DNA of 43,545 bases from Octopus bimaculoides. Taxonomy: Eukaryota. Positions within the stretch are counted from its first letter, which is position 1, and each line of letters starts with the position of its first letter. The notes below the pieces were generated by a model that was not told the origin of the DNA, made no database searches, and was given only the letters and a program-made list of their open reading frames with translations. Both the position numbers and the translations under genes were made by a program. Of the stretch, positions 1 to 12,010 are shown piece by piece. Location: contig NC_068997.1 of assembly GCF_001194135.2 (NCBI RefSeq), forward strand, positions 46,070,019 through 46,113,563, in the 5' to 3' direction.

Positions 1-724
1 ACTGACTAGGAATCACTGGTGTTCATGTCCTGGACTTGCTGGATGAACAGAGCCATCCTGATGAGGCCAGGCTACTGAAAACATCTCATACATCTTTGCC
101 AGTGGTCTCTAGCTCTTTCCTGATCTTAAACATGAAGGGGTTAGCCAAATTTAAAAAGCTGTCAGTCTCCAAGTCACTGGGGTTGGTGGCTAGGGAAACA
201 AGCACAGCATAGGAATCTGACTTGTTGATTTGTCTGAAAGAGAAATGAGAAAGTTAAAATTTGGTATAATGCCTTGTAAAACTGTTAGGTTGTTTTCCAT
301 TTATGCTCTGCTAAATTTGTGTTCACTAACACCTGGCATAGCCAGTATATATAATTATTGAAATCATTGAAAACAAGATTTCTGTACAACGCAATATCCT
401 GTTGCGCTGCTTCGGATTGCAGCATCCATTGCATAGTGTTATAGTTTGTTAAGAGGTACAGAGGGAATGGTCATCCAGCGAAATCCAGCCTGAGGAGGAC
501 ATCCTGTTTCAAGCAACCACACACACAACCAATTCCAACTGCGTGAATTAAGGGATCAAGTAGGAGTTAGCAGCAACTCTGGATTCATAGTTTCTATCTC
601 CTTTTACCTCTACCAGCCTATAATGTCTTACAAATGCCATTGGTGCAGCCTCCTCTGACTAAACCACAGTAAAGTTTTAAAACACACATATGTACAAAAG
701 ATAAAATGTATAAACATATCACAT

Positions 725-790
725 GTACATACATACATATATATCTATATCTATATACACACATACATACATATATATATGTAGGTGTAG
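725..790. repeat. Mixed (AT)/(AC)/(ATAC) microsatellite
   Basis: Direct reading. Confidence 0.7.
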
Positions 791-2139
791 ACATACACAC
801 CGCACATATATACCTGTACAAAACATATAACCGTGTCTTTGTTGCAAAAAGACGTACAAAATGTAAACATTCACACCGGAAGTTGACTCATTTAATGTCA
901 ATAAAGGTTTTACAAAAAATTACAGTTTAAATATGAAATTGACTTTTAGTTATGCTGGACAGTATAATGCTTACTTTTTCTGTATAAATTTACTAAAACC
1001 ATCAAATGGTTGACTACTTTTTGAAGTCTGATGTTCATGCTGGGTAAACACAGTCCAGGCCATATTTTACATTGCTTGGAGTTTCTACCTATCGCAAGGA
1101 AGCACCATTGACATATATAATGATATGGATAATCTTGATGTTTTTATTTTTGTCTGTTTATTACTCAGCAGTTTTAAGTTTGTCATACTGTTTACACCAA
1201 TTTTGAACATTGGCTCTATTGCCACGTTCAAATGGATATTCAACACATTTAATTTCTCCTTTGCAGTAAATGGTAAGTTCTGCCCATACTGACAATAACG
1301 GTAATGAGAAAGTTTTAAGTTTGCTTGACATTTTGTAAGTGTGAAAGAGATTAAAATTTCTATACTCCGTATCAAAGGTTCCGACAAGAATAGGTGGAAA
1401 AGAATTCTGTTTACATAATCAGTTCGATCGGTTACCTTCCTCTGTTGGTTGAACAAAGTGTCATCCAAGTAGATGTTTATTGGTAATTAAACTTAATTTG
1501 CAACACCTTTGCATATTTATCAGCTTTGTTATTGTCGGTAATTCTTATCAACAACTTTTCTTGTGATTGTCATTTGAGAAGACCTACAGCAGTATGCTAA
1601 AGATCGGACATAATCTCTTGTGGGCAAGAAATGCAAAATAAAGTTTATTATAAACAACACAAATAATTTGTAATTCAATAGCTTTCAATGTGATACCTAT
1701 TAAACAGAAATTATTTTTATTTGATGAAAATTTAATAAAATCTAATCATAACTAAGTGAAATTATGCTAAATACAACTAACTTGAAAACCTTTTTCCCCT
1801 CGCTATATTGGCAATTCTGAAAACTTTTGGGTGCAAATTTTACGTAAGTAGAAGCTTTTTTTAACAGATTTTATCCTGAAAATCACAAATGCGCAATTTA
1901 CATGGGTTTTTATGGTAGTAGTTGACTATCATATATTGAACCAATATAGTTAATTCTAAACTAGAAGTTTATATGATCTCTATATATATTATTGGCAAAA
2001 ATCAGTTTGTATGAATGTATTTAGTGGTGTTGTGTTACTTTCACTGAAAAGTGGAGAATGGCTCAACAGTTTGAATAAGGTCAACCAAAGTATACAACAT
2101 GATAATATTTAGGAAATTTAATGCATATGAATGACATAC

Positions 2140-2173
2140 CTGTGGTATCCATTATTGTTTCATCAGGTCCTTC
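2140..2173 (-). CDS. SAFB-like: Copy C 34-nt exon [11 protein letters not shown]
   Basis: ttttag/gtatg; homolog of B 22592-22625. Confidence 0.8.
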
Positions 2174-5100
2174 CTAAAAAAGCAAAGAAAACACCTGACA
2201 TGACTAAACAGTAACAAATGATGAAACAAGATACATACAGTCGTATTCCATTGCTTATCTTTATATTTGATGGAATTGTGTAAATGTATGAAGATATTTA
2301 GATCTCAAATGGCTTTCTGTTTCAAAAGTTAGTGAAATTTATAACTGGTTAACTCTGTTAAATGTAAGTAACCACCAGACCCAACCAAAAATTATTTTCA
2401 TACATATTATTAAATTAAAAATGTCAAATCCAAAACTAATTATCAAGTAGTGTAATTTAGTTAGTAGAACAATATAATAGCTGTAGTAAATGTTCGTTAC
2501 CTGCAGAACAGTACAAGTGTCTTTGTCCGTATCTAAAGAGATAGGTAGTTCTTCAAACTGGTCTTTATCAAAGGTATTATCTGTCAACATATCTGATGGT
2601 TTGGTATCACTCGAAAGCAGTCGATCCTCTGTAAGGTCTCCCACAGAAGTTTTGTCAGGGATCAAAGAATACCCATCTGGATTGGTGGTGTTTAAGAAGA
2701 CATCTGTTAATGCCACATTAGACGTCTCTGATTCTTTCTGAAAATTAAAATAAAACAGGTTTCTGTTACCCCTCAACATTGAATCATCCTATATTTATCC
2801 TTTGCTCACTGTAATATCCATTAGTACCTTATTCTTATTGAATGCTTAAATTATTGCTGTATTCCATTTTTACTATAATGATTTTTATAGTATTATTATA
2901 GAATAATAGTACTTCTTTGAGATTCACAGTGACCATTGTTGTGAGACGAGTAAAGCTCTTCTCAGTTATGAGATTCTATTGTTATTAATAACCAGAATAA
3001 ATTTGTGTAGTTTAATGGGTTTTTTCATGGATAGCCCCATCAAATTGACATTTAAATTCTAACAACAGAGTAAACCAACTGAACATATCACAGTTAGAGT
3101 ATGAATGAATGAATATTTTAATAACAAATAACCAGTTACGGATTTCTTTTCAAAATAACAACTGGCAAACGTCACCCAAAAAATAGTATGCTAAACAGTG
3201 ATAATTGGAAAATACATACAAAACAGAATTAATCCACAAAAATATGATAAAATTCACCAACCTCATCCATGTTGATTGTAGTATGTTCGTTTTCTGGAAA
3301 TAAAAATATTTCAACACCACATCAGTAATTTCAGGATTATACATTATTCAGTTACACACACCCTTGTATTAAACACATCTGAACAGAGGCACAAAAACAG
3401 TTACACACAGCTGTGTATGACATAACAGTGAATTAATCACATTACATTACATAATGCTGTTACATGCATATGACCAGTCTAAAATTCAGTGAGACAAACC
3501 TGAATACAAGAACATTGTATTATATATCAACTAGTTATAAGTACATGAAACAAGTTGCTGTTTTATATCCAATTATCACATTAACACTGGCAGGAAGAGC
3601 TTTAATGCACTTCTTGCCCATAAGATATATTACTGTCAACTGGGAATGGAACTTGTCAGCTCAGTAGACAGAAACAAAATAGTTTGGTAAGGAGAACGAC
3701 ATATCTAATTTATTTACAGTCTAAAATTATCATGATTGATACATCTCCCAGTGTTACCAATAACATTCTTACAAGAATCATCGTCAGTGTCATCACCAAT
3801 TAACATCCATCTCTGATGTTGGCATAGGTTGAACAGTTGGACAGGATCCAACAGAGCCAACTGTGTCAAGCTACAATGTCAGCCTTGACATGGTTCCTAC
3901 ATCTTGGACACCCTTCCAAATGCCAACCACTTTACAGAGCTTTTTCCATGACACCAACGCTAGGCAGGTTACCAAGTAATTTGCAAGACAAAGGAAAAGA
4001 ACCCAGCATTGAACAGGATTGTAGTAGAGTTGGAAGTTATGCCAGGTGTTGAGAGGAATGATAGTGAGACAGGCACAAGTGTCTTATAAAGAAAATACAT
4101 GGCTACCCCACATTATGTAAGGGTGGGTGGGAGTAAGTGGAAAGACAGTGATGGTAGTGACAAAGAGTCAGAGAGTACTCTCAAGATAAAACAAGGTGAG
4201 TATAGGAGAGAATATGGACAGCAGGTGAGGACAGATGGGTGGGTATGTTTATCAGAATGAGAAATGAGAGTAATAACAGATGGTTAGAGAAGGGGGTGAG
4301 GTGGATGTAATGAAGGAACAATGCTGGAGGTGTGGTTGATGGTCAATATGTGTATCAGAAGAAAAGGAATGGCTCAAGAAGGAAGAGGTGACAAGTGGCA
4401 GTACAAGAAGGGTGGAAAGCAGCAGTATAATAAACCTGTAGATAGACTAGAAAATAAGACGATATTGAGAGAGGGGCTTGAGTGAGAGAAACAGATTGAC
4501 AAAGTGGGGATATACAGTTACAGAGATGAATGTCAGAAGTATGTAGCGATGGCTATAGTGAATGGGAGACAAAGGTGTGGGGAAGCCATCAACAGCTGAT
4601 ATGAGATGGTATGTAAATGATAGCAGATACAAGGAGGTATTAAAGATGAAGTACGGCAGTCTTAAGATGTAGCTCAGAAAAGGAGAGAAAGCAATAAGTA
4701 GAGGCAGAAAGAGAGGTGATCAGTCAACAATAAAATTTGAAACACAGACAACTCAATATATACATACACACACAGTCTTAACACACATAAATGCATATAC
4801 AAAATCTGTATCATTAGTTATATAATTCTGATACTTACTAATAATATCTTCAGTAGATTGATTTTCTTCCAGATATTTCTCTTCACAGAAAGCCTAAAAT
4901 TGTCAAAATATCAAGTTAACCAAATAAAAAAGTCCACATACACATGACATTCTGTATGGCTGTTAAAATGTCTAGAGAAAGTGACACATTAAATAATTTG
5001 TTATGTAATTATATATAATTTGTTGTATATAATTAGAATGAGATGTGTGTGAGAGAGAGAGGGAATTGATGTAGGAAGGAAATGAACGTATTCTCAGAAA

Positions 5101-8100
5101 AATGCTGATAGAAAACATCTGTGAATTCTATTCCAAATCAGATTAATACAATTAACTGCCTTTTAATATTTACTTATTTCAGCCATGGGTTTAATTGAAC
5201 AAATTTCCCCTAGTATTTACATTTTTAAGTCTTGTACTAATTGTATTGGAGTGATTTGCCAAACTGTAAAGTTATGGGGTTGTAAACAAACTAACACTGG
5301 TTGTGAAACAACATGGGATGAGAATGGGTCAAAATTTTTCAGTGGTATTTTATGTAATTTAGTGAAATTATTAAGCAAGACTGAGTTGAGATAATTACAA
5401 GTGGGAAAAAAAAAAAAAACTGTTAGAAAGAAATTTTCAAAAAAGACAAACTCTCACCTCAATTTTTGCCAAAGCAGCTGGATGTTCTGAAAAATAACAA
5501 GAACATGTGGCTAAGAGGAATGAAAATGAATATCACATCAGGTATGTAATTAACAATACACCTACACATAATGGAATCTTAACATTTTCTTTAATATTTA
5601 GAACTTAAGCAGACAGGTGGATAGTTGCATGGATGGATATATATACACACATATATATTTGCCAGTGCCCCTGGACTGGCTCTTGTGCAGGTGGCACATA
5701 AAATACACCATTTTGAGCGTGGCCGTTGCCAGTACCGCCTGACTGGCCTTCGTAAGAGTTTTGAGCGAGATTGTGCCAGTGCCCCTGGACTGGCTCTTGT
5801 GCGGGTGGCACATAAAATACACCATTTTGAGCGTGGCCGTTGCCAGTACCGCCTGACTGGCCTTCATAGGATTTTTGAGCGAGATCGTTGCCAGTGCCCC
5901 TGGACTGGCTCTTGTGTGGGTGGCACATAAAATACACCATTTTGAGCGTGGCCATTGCCAGTACCGCCTGACTGGCCTTCGTGCGGGTGACACGTAAAAG
6001 CACCCACTACACTCTCTGAGTGGTTGGCGTTGGGAAGGGCATCCAGCTGTAGAAACTCTGCCAAATCAGATTGGAGGCTGGTGTTGCCATCCGGTTTCAC
6101 CAGTCCTCAGTCAAATCATCCAACCCATGCTAGCATGGAAAGCGGACGTTAAACGATGATGATGATGATGATGATATTTGTATTCCTAATCCATAGGATA
6201 TTACAAAAAATATGATTTGTAAAATCCATGAATTTTAAGGGGAATATTAATACATGTGTTTGTGTCCTCAGGCAAAATTTGCCTCTAGCTGCTTTGGCAA
6301 AAAGTTGTACTCTTTCGCCCCAACTTTCTCTCACTCTTTCTTCCTGTGTCTTGAGTAACGCTACGATGGACTTGGCATGACAGTGGTTTCTACTACTCAG
6401 TGGGTGCCACATTTTCTATTACCTGATCAAAAGCACACCAGGCTGATCACATCACAGGAAAATCTGACATTAAAGCAGAACTAGCTCGTTTCTTTGAACA
6501 TTTCCTAACCCAGAATGAGTATTGGCTTCATCACTTTCAGCTAGAAACAAAGAGACAATCCATTCAATGGAAACACCTATTCCCACCTGCTCCAAATAAA
6601 GCCAAAGTCATTTCATCTGCAGGGAAGGTGATGACCTCCGTTTTGGGGGATGCAAAAAACAATTGTGTTTATTGAATATCTTCAAAAAGGTCCACAATGG
6701 AGAGTATTATGCCTACTTGCTGAGGCAGTATTGAAAAGCCATCAAGACCAAACGTCCAGCAAAACTGACGAAAGGAGTCTTGTTTCATCAAGACAATGCT
6801 CTAGCACATAAATCCGTGGTTTCAATGGCTGCTGTGCATGAACTGGTTGATCATCCTTCCTATTCTCCTGATATGGTCCCATCTGACTTATCATCTGTAC
6901 CCCAAAATGGAAAAAAAAAACATCTGGGATCTTGGATTGCAGTGATGATGATGCCATATGTGCTGTTGATGACTTCCTGAAGGGACAGGATGAAAGTCTC
7001 TTCACCAATGGGATTCAAGTACTGCGACAACAATGGAAGTGTGTGAACCACAAGGGAGACTATGTTGCAAAGAAACCTCACTTGGTCGTATACCATGAGA
7101 GTATCTTGGTCAGCCTATGGACTTTTCAGCCGACCGTCATATGTGTATGCGTGAGGGGAAGTTGGGGGGCAATGGCCATAAAGGACATGCCTGTATGTAT
7201 GGATGGCCACTTAGCTTGATGTCTCTTCTCAAGCACAGCAAATTACCAGAAGTCTTAGTCCCTTGTCATCTTCTCAGCCAAGGCTCAAAATCTGAAGATC
7301 CTTTCTCACCACTTCGTCCATCTTCCTGAGTCTACCCATTCCACAGATCAGAACTTCTTTATGCAGCTGTCCCCATCCATATGCGGCAAACATGACGGAC
7401 CGTCACCTTACCCATTTCCACTTTTTCTGCAGCGGGTAAATTTACCCGTATGTGTATGTTTTATAAAAAAAAATATCCATTTTTCTGAAAGTTACCAGGA
7501 AACAAAGTCGAGGGGGTACACTTGTGTAGGAATGCCTACAAAGTATGTACGTGTGTGTCAAAAAGTGTTTGTTGGAGACTTGGCTGTTACTTCTAGCATC
7601 TGGAGAGACTGCTTGACGGCATATTTAATGCGCGGGTTGGCAAAAACCCTACGCGTGCGCAAGGACCGAAAGTGTTTATAAACATCCTGTATATGCAATA
7701 GATTCGCGAGGGGAGGGGTAATTTTTCCTTTTTTAAATTGAAATTTTTTGGCGATCGCCAATTTTTTTTTTTTTCAGTATCATAATCTCCGTATTTTTTC
7801 ACGTATTTCACAAAAGAAAAAAAATCTGAAAAAACTGAAAAAAAAAAAAAAAAAAAAAAAAAAAANNNNNNNNNNNNNNNNNNNNNNNNNNNNNNNNNNN
7901 NNNNNNNNNNNNNNNNNNNNNNNNNNNNNNNNNNNNNNNNNNNNNNNNNNNNNNNNNNNNNNNNNNNNNNNNNNNNNNNNNNNNNNNNNNNNNNNNNNNN
8001 NNNNNNNNNNNNNNNNNNNNNNNNNNNNNNNNNNNNNNNNNNNNNNNNNNNNNNNNNNNNNNNNNNNNNNNNNNNNNNNNNNNNNNNNNNNNNNNNNNNN

Positions 8101-9113
8101 NNNNNNNNNNNNNNNNNNNNNNNNNNNNNNNNNNNNNNNNNNNNNNNNNNNNNNNNNNNNNNNNNNNNNNNNNNNNNNNNNNNNNNNNNNNNNNNNNNNN
8201 NNNNNNNNNNNNNNNNNNNNNNNNNNNNNNNNNNNNNNNNNNCAATAAATAGTAATCTCTGCCATCGGATGAGTATCTGTAGCAAAATTTCATTGAAAAA
8301 TATGCATTACACTTGAATTTATGAGGAAACAAAGTAGGAGGGGGGGAGAAACTCACTTCTGTCAGTATGCCATAATATGGAATATAATAACGAGGGGGGG
8401 GGGGAATTGTTTTTTTGTTAATGGTGATGGTTCTGAAGACACAAGAAGAGTACAAACTATGCATTTTTATAACATGCTTCCTTCCATCATTCTAAAATGC
8501 GTGGTGCAGCAGAAATTTTCAAAAATCCCGGCGGAAAGAGAGAAAATCCAACTTATGTGGTTGAGATTGTTTCGAAACTCCGCCATTATACATGTCATTC
8601 GTTGTCCATTTACAACTAATTCACTGATACTATATTCCATTAGATTCCCATAAATAACGAAATGATGCTGGTTAAACAGGGAATACATGTACGACGAAGG
8701 ATTTCCATACTTCATAATAAATAATCAATTATGCTTTTATAAAATAAATAACAAGTCACTACAACGGGTTGTGTTTAAAATGGCTACAATGACTTTCCCC
8801 CACTATAATGAAACCTTCATTTTCTTTCAATATTCGCATGTTTATTTTGATCTGTTAGACATTTTTGCACGAGTTTTGAAGGTTCAAGAAACCCCAAACA
8901 TTGTTTATAATTATAACACTATGTTTTTATAGATATATATTATACATAAACACCGTCGCTCATTAAGATCTCTCCTACCTTTTCCAGACGTTCCAACAAC
9001 ACGGCCTTTACTCCAGTCTTGTCCAGACCTCGTTTCTCCAGTTCACTGCGAAGATCCACAGACCTTAAGTCTATTAACTTGTCACTGGAGATATCACCAT
9101 TTATACTAGCCAG
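2140..9113 (-). CDS. SAFB-like: SAFB-family gene copy C, 5' part (continues off the left edge)
   Basis: Exons 8979-9113, 2501-2737 and 2140-2173 splice in frame; introns align with copy B. Confidence 0.85.
2501..2737 (-). CDS. SAFB-like: Copy C acidic exon [12 protein letters not shown]...TVLQ
   Basis: 237 nt, phase 0-0, tttcag/gtaac. Confidence 0.85.
3800..3990 (-). mobile_element. Degenerate SINE 3' fragment
   Basis: Reverse complement resembles the gttggcgttaggaagggcatcc...aacccatgc tail of the element at 5660-6175. Confidence 0.45.
4060..4720 (-). mobile_element. Decayed retroelement RT fragment, possibly Penelope-like
   Basis: Strand-asymmetric purine tract; weak translated remnants ([16 protein letters not shown]). 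Confidence 0.3.
5660..6175 (+). mobile_element. SINE with three internal ~114-115-bp tandem units and a (GAT)n tail
   Basis: Units start at 5660, 5774 and 5889; body matches the reverse copies at 17921-18079 and 33482-33780. Confidence 0.8.
6421..7140 (+). mobile_element. mariner transposase remnant (DD34D type), 5'-truncated
   Basis: Frameshifted [40 protein letters not shown]; mariner-like 3' terminus near 7115-7140. Confidence 0.85.
8979..9113 (-). CDS. SAFB-like: Copy C exon 1 with complete SAP domain ([47 protein letters not shown])
   Basis: 135 nt from CTG, phase 0, gtagg donor; SAP pattern LxxLxVxDLRxELxxRGLxxxGxKxxLxxRL. Confidence 0.88.
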
Positions 9114-9280
9114 GGTACGATATATTATTATGCGCGATAGTCAATAGCCAGAGCTGTTGACTTTCTGACTTCACGTCGAAGCAAAAACTTATTAAGGACG
9201 CAATACTGTGTTGATATTATCTATACAACAGTTATCTCCCTTTTGTCGCGGTGACGTTGAAGCTACATCTTTTGTTGTTG

Positions 9281-9294
9281 CCACCAGATGGCAC
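9281..9294 (+). promoter_or_regulatory. CTCF-consensus motif upstream of copy C
   Basis: CCACCAGATGGCAC fits CCASYAGRKGGCRS; identical in copy B. Confidence 0.55.
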
Positions 9295-9366
9295 AAGTGT
9301 CAAACTTAAATGTATCGCTATGGCAATGATCATCTGATTTTTAATAGTCTTCTTATTCTTGCTTAG

Positions 9367-9740
9367 TGGAGGCGCAATGGCCCAGTGGTTAAGGCAGCGA
9401 ATTAGCGGTCATAGGATCGCGGTTTCGATTCCCAGACCGAGCGTTGTGAGTGTTTCTTGAGTGAAAACACCTAAAGCTCCACGAGGCTCCGACAGGGGAT
9501 GGTGGCGAACTCTGCTGTACTCTTGCACCACAACTTTCTCTCACTCTTACTTCCTGTTGTTTCTGTTGTGCCTGTAATTCAAAGGGTCAGCCTTGTCACA
9601 CTGTGTCGCGCTGAATATCCCCGAGAACTACGTTAAGGGTACGCGTGTCTGTGGAGTGCTCAGCCACCTGCACGTTAATTTCACGAGCAGGCTGTTCCGT
9701 TGATTGGATCAACTGGAACCCTCGACGTGGTAAGCGACGA
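9367..9740 (+). mobile_element. tRNA-derived SINE between B and C
   Basis: A box TGGCCCAGTGGT, B box GGTTTCGATTCC; same family as 28203-28574. Confidence 0.8.
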
Positions 9741-9942
9741 GTGAGCAAAGTTGCAGCAATTCCAAAAAAGGTCACCACAGAAGCAATCTGTTTGAATGAA
9801 TGAACTTTTTGTGGAAATTAAGTCGAGCAAAGCCAGAGGAGGTAAAGAAAAAAACATAAGGAAAGACAGGCATGAGGAATACATACAGAATAAATAAAAA
9901 TGACAAATAGAATACCTTGTTAGTGTTGTATAGTGAATAAAA

Positions 9943-9948
9943 TTTATT
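9943..9948 (-). terminator. Probable poly(A) signal of copy B
   Basis: Homologous AATAAA with U-rich downstream element. Confidence 0.5.
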
Positions 9949-10294
9949 TCTCCATATATTAATTTCTATGTGGTCTCTTTCCACTTCTTTATTAGTTGCT
10001 CTTCTATATATATAAATATATATATATAGATGTGTGTGCATGACTGTATGTAAAAATATGGTAGGACAGAAATATGACTGAATGTCCAAGAACCAAGCAC
10101 CACGTGGCAATTGGAATGAAAGATGTGGGTGATGTATGGCTGTAGGGCAGAGTTTTATTGTCTGTCTGAAATTCCATCTGCCACTCCAAAATCAAACACG
10201 TCAACATGACTTTAACACCTCAATCCTCAATTTGGATTTTACATAGACCCAATAATATCATAAACATCAAAACTAGGCTGTTGCATATGTCCCT

Positions 10295-10590
10295 TCATAT
10301 ACCACCACCACCACCCCTATGTGAAACCATGAGCCCACTATGCACTTGAGAGTTACCAAACATATTGCCATGTCCAAAGTACTGCCCCATCCCCCCACTG
10401 TTACCACTTTGACTACTGTTAACAAATGCTCCAGTGGCATCACGTCCTGTTTTGTTCGTGGGTTTATCAAGCCACGGTCCATTGGATCGGTTCATGCCAC
10501 TGTTGCCAATGTCTCCATGCATGTGGGACCAGTTGTCCATTTTCCTATCTACACCGCCGGAATCCCAAGATCTCTGATCTGGTCCACCAC
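10295..10590 (-). CDS. SAFB-like: Copy B terminal exon, Gly-rich, stopping early at GGGGI*
   Basis: ttttag acceptor; the tail homologous to A continues in a shifted frame to TAA 10239-10241. Confidence 0.82.
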
Positions 10591-11975
10591 CTAAAAGGAA
10601 TAAGACAGAAAAGATAGTATTTAAAGTTACACAAATATGAAAAATGAAAAGTTCAATGAATTAACTATAGAACAGAATAAACAAGGAGAATGTAGATGAA
10701 TGCAAAGAGAGGTATGGAGAAAAATAGGGCTTAACCCTTTAGCATTCAGATTACTCAGTCAAAAGTAATGTTTCTTTATTTACCTGGTTTTGAATTAATC
10801 ATGCATTATCTTGTAGGTTTGAGATTTTGATTAAGTGATTCTATATTTTGAGAATGACATTGTAGAGTTGGTATGAGAAGCCAGATATGGTTGAATATAA
10901 AACATAAAATACCTGGGCCCAGTTTAAATGAGAAAATGATAATAGAGAGGGACAGTTACAAAATGGTGGAGGATGGAGGTGAAGCTTTATTTGAGAGAGA
11001 AGGAGAGAAAAATGATTAAAACAAGCAGAAACTTACCAAAAGAATTTCTGCCCAGTCTATCGTTAGCTGATGTGTTTTGTTGGTCATTATCATATCCTCG
11101 GTCGGAACCAATATATCTTCTATCAAGTTCTCCATTTGGTCCCATATCTCTTCTTAATTCAGAGGGCATCCTGGAAATGAATCCATGAATACAAGCTGAG
11201 TAATCAATCAACATTCACCTATATACTGAGAGCCTTATGCTTACATCAACACTGACCCATACAGAGACTGGCAAACATGCCAACACTAATCCACAATACA
11301 CAAAACTGAGCTGTATAGAAGAATGATGTTTATAATAATATATACTAGCAAATGTGATTATCTGTATAAAGGCATAAGATAAAACCAAAAATTAAGATTT
11401 AAAAAAACAAATTACCAATTGAATTCTTCATCATTTCGAGAACGGTTATCAATTTGTCCTTCACCTCTGACTCGTGTATTGTGAAAAGGACCCATTTCCA
11501 TTCTCATCATTTCTCTTTCTTTACGGTCATCATAGCGACTTCCACCTTCCAAAGCTCTGCTGTCCCTTCTATCGTAACGTTTAATTCGTCTTCCATAATC
11601 TGTATTATACCTGAGAACGGAAATGAGAGATTAAATGAGATGTATTATATATATATATTATATATATGCAAGGAAATATTGATGACTGTTACATTAATGA
11701 TGCTTATTGAGGCAGAAACATGTTCTGAACTTGCCTCTTGTTTGCAAAGAAAGCAGACTGCCTTTTCCTTAACGGTATATCAATTTCAGAGAATTCTTGA
11801 TTCTTGATATTGTATCTCCTTCTCATTCAGAATCAGTAGCAATTACCAGCAGGTCTTTGTTTACCTTCTCTCAAAGCAAAGATAATTTCTATAAATCATA
11901 ACTGATTTTGTATGGTATTTAGAATATTTTTATTCACTTTGCTCTCGAAATTCATGCTACTGACCACTGAGTTAA

Positions 11976-12010
<35 letters not shown>

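Noticed and set aside
1-233. Strong acceptor at 234-235 as C's next exon
   Set aside because: The required phase 1 frame hits a stop after 14 codons and does not resemble B's ENESLILHVDD exon.
1085-1468. 127-aa minus-strand ORF in C's intron
   Set aside because: No recognisable domain, no homolog in B, no convincing phase-compatible splice sites.
2490-2741. Plus-strand Ser-rich ORFs here and at 20002-20517 and 23035-23265
   Set aside because: Antisense shadows of the acidic SAFB exons.
5660-6000. CRISPR-like repeat array
   Set aside because: Whole ~114-bp units repeat with no unique spacers, in a eukaryotic SINE context with no cas genes.
5598-6100. Repetitive 78-132 aa ORFs on both strands
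   Set aside because: They arise from the SINE's tandem units; the same peptides recur at 33559-33853.
7433-7448. Perfect 16-bp palindrome CGGGTAAATTTACCCG
   Set aside because: Single occurrence, absent from B, probably part of an unclassified repeat; no function supportable.
9367-9445. tRNA gene
   Set aside because: A/B boxes are present but the sequence runs into a ~300-bp SINE body also found with TSDs at 28203-28574.
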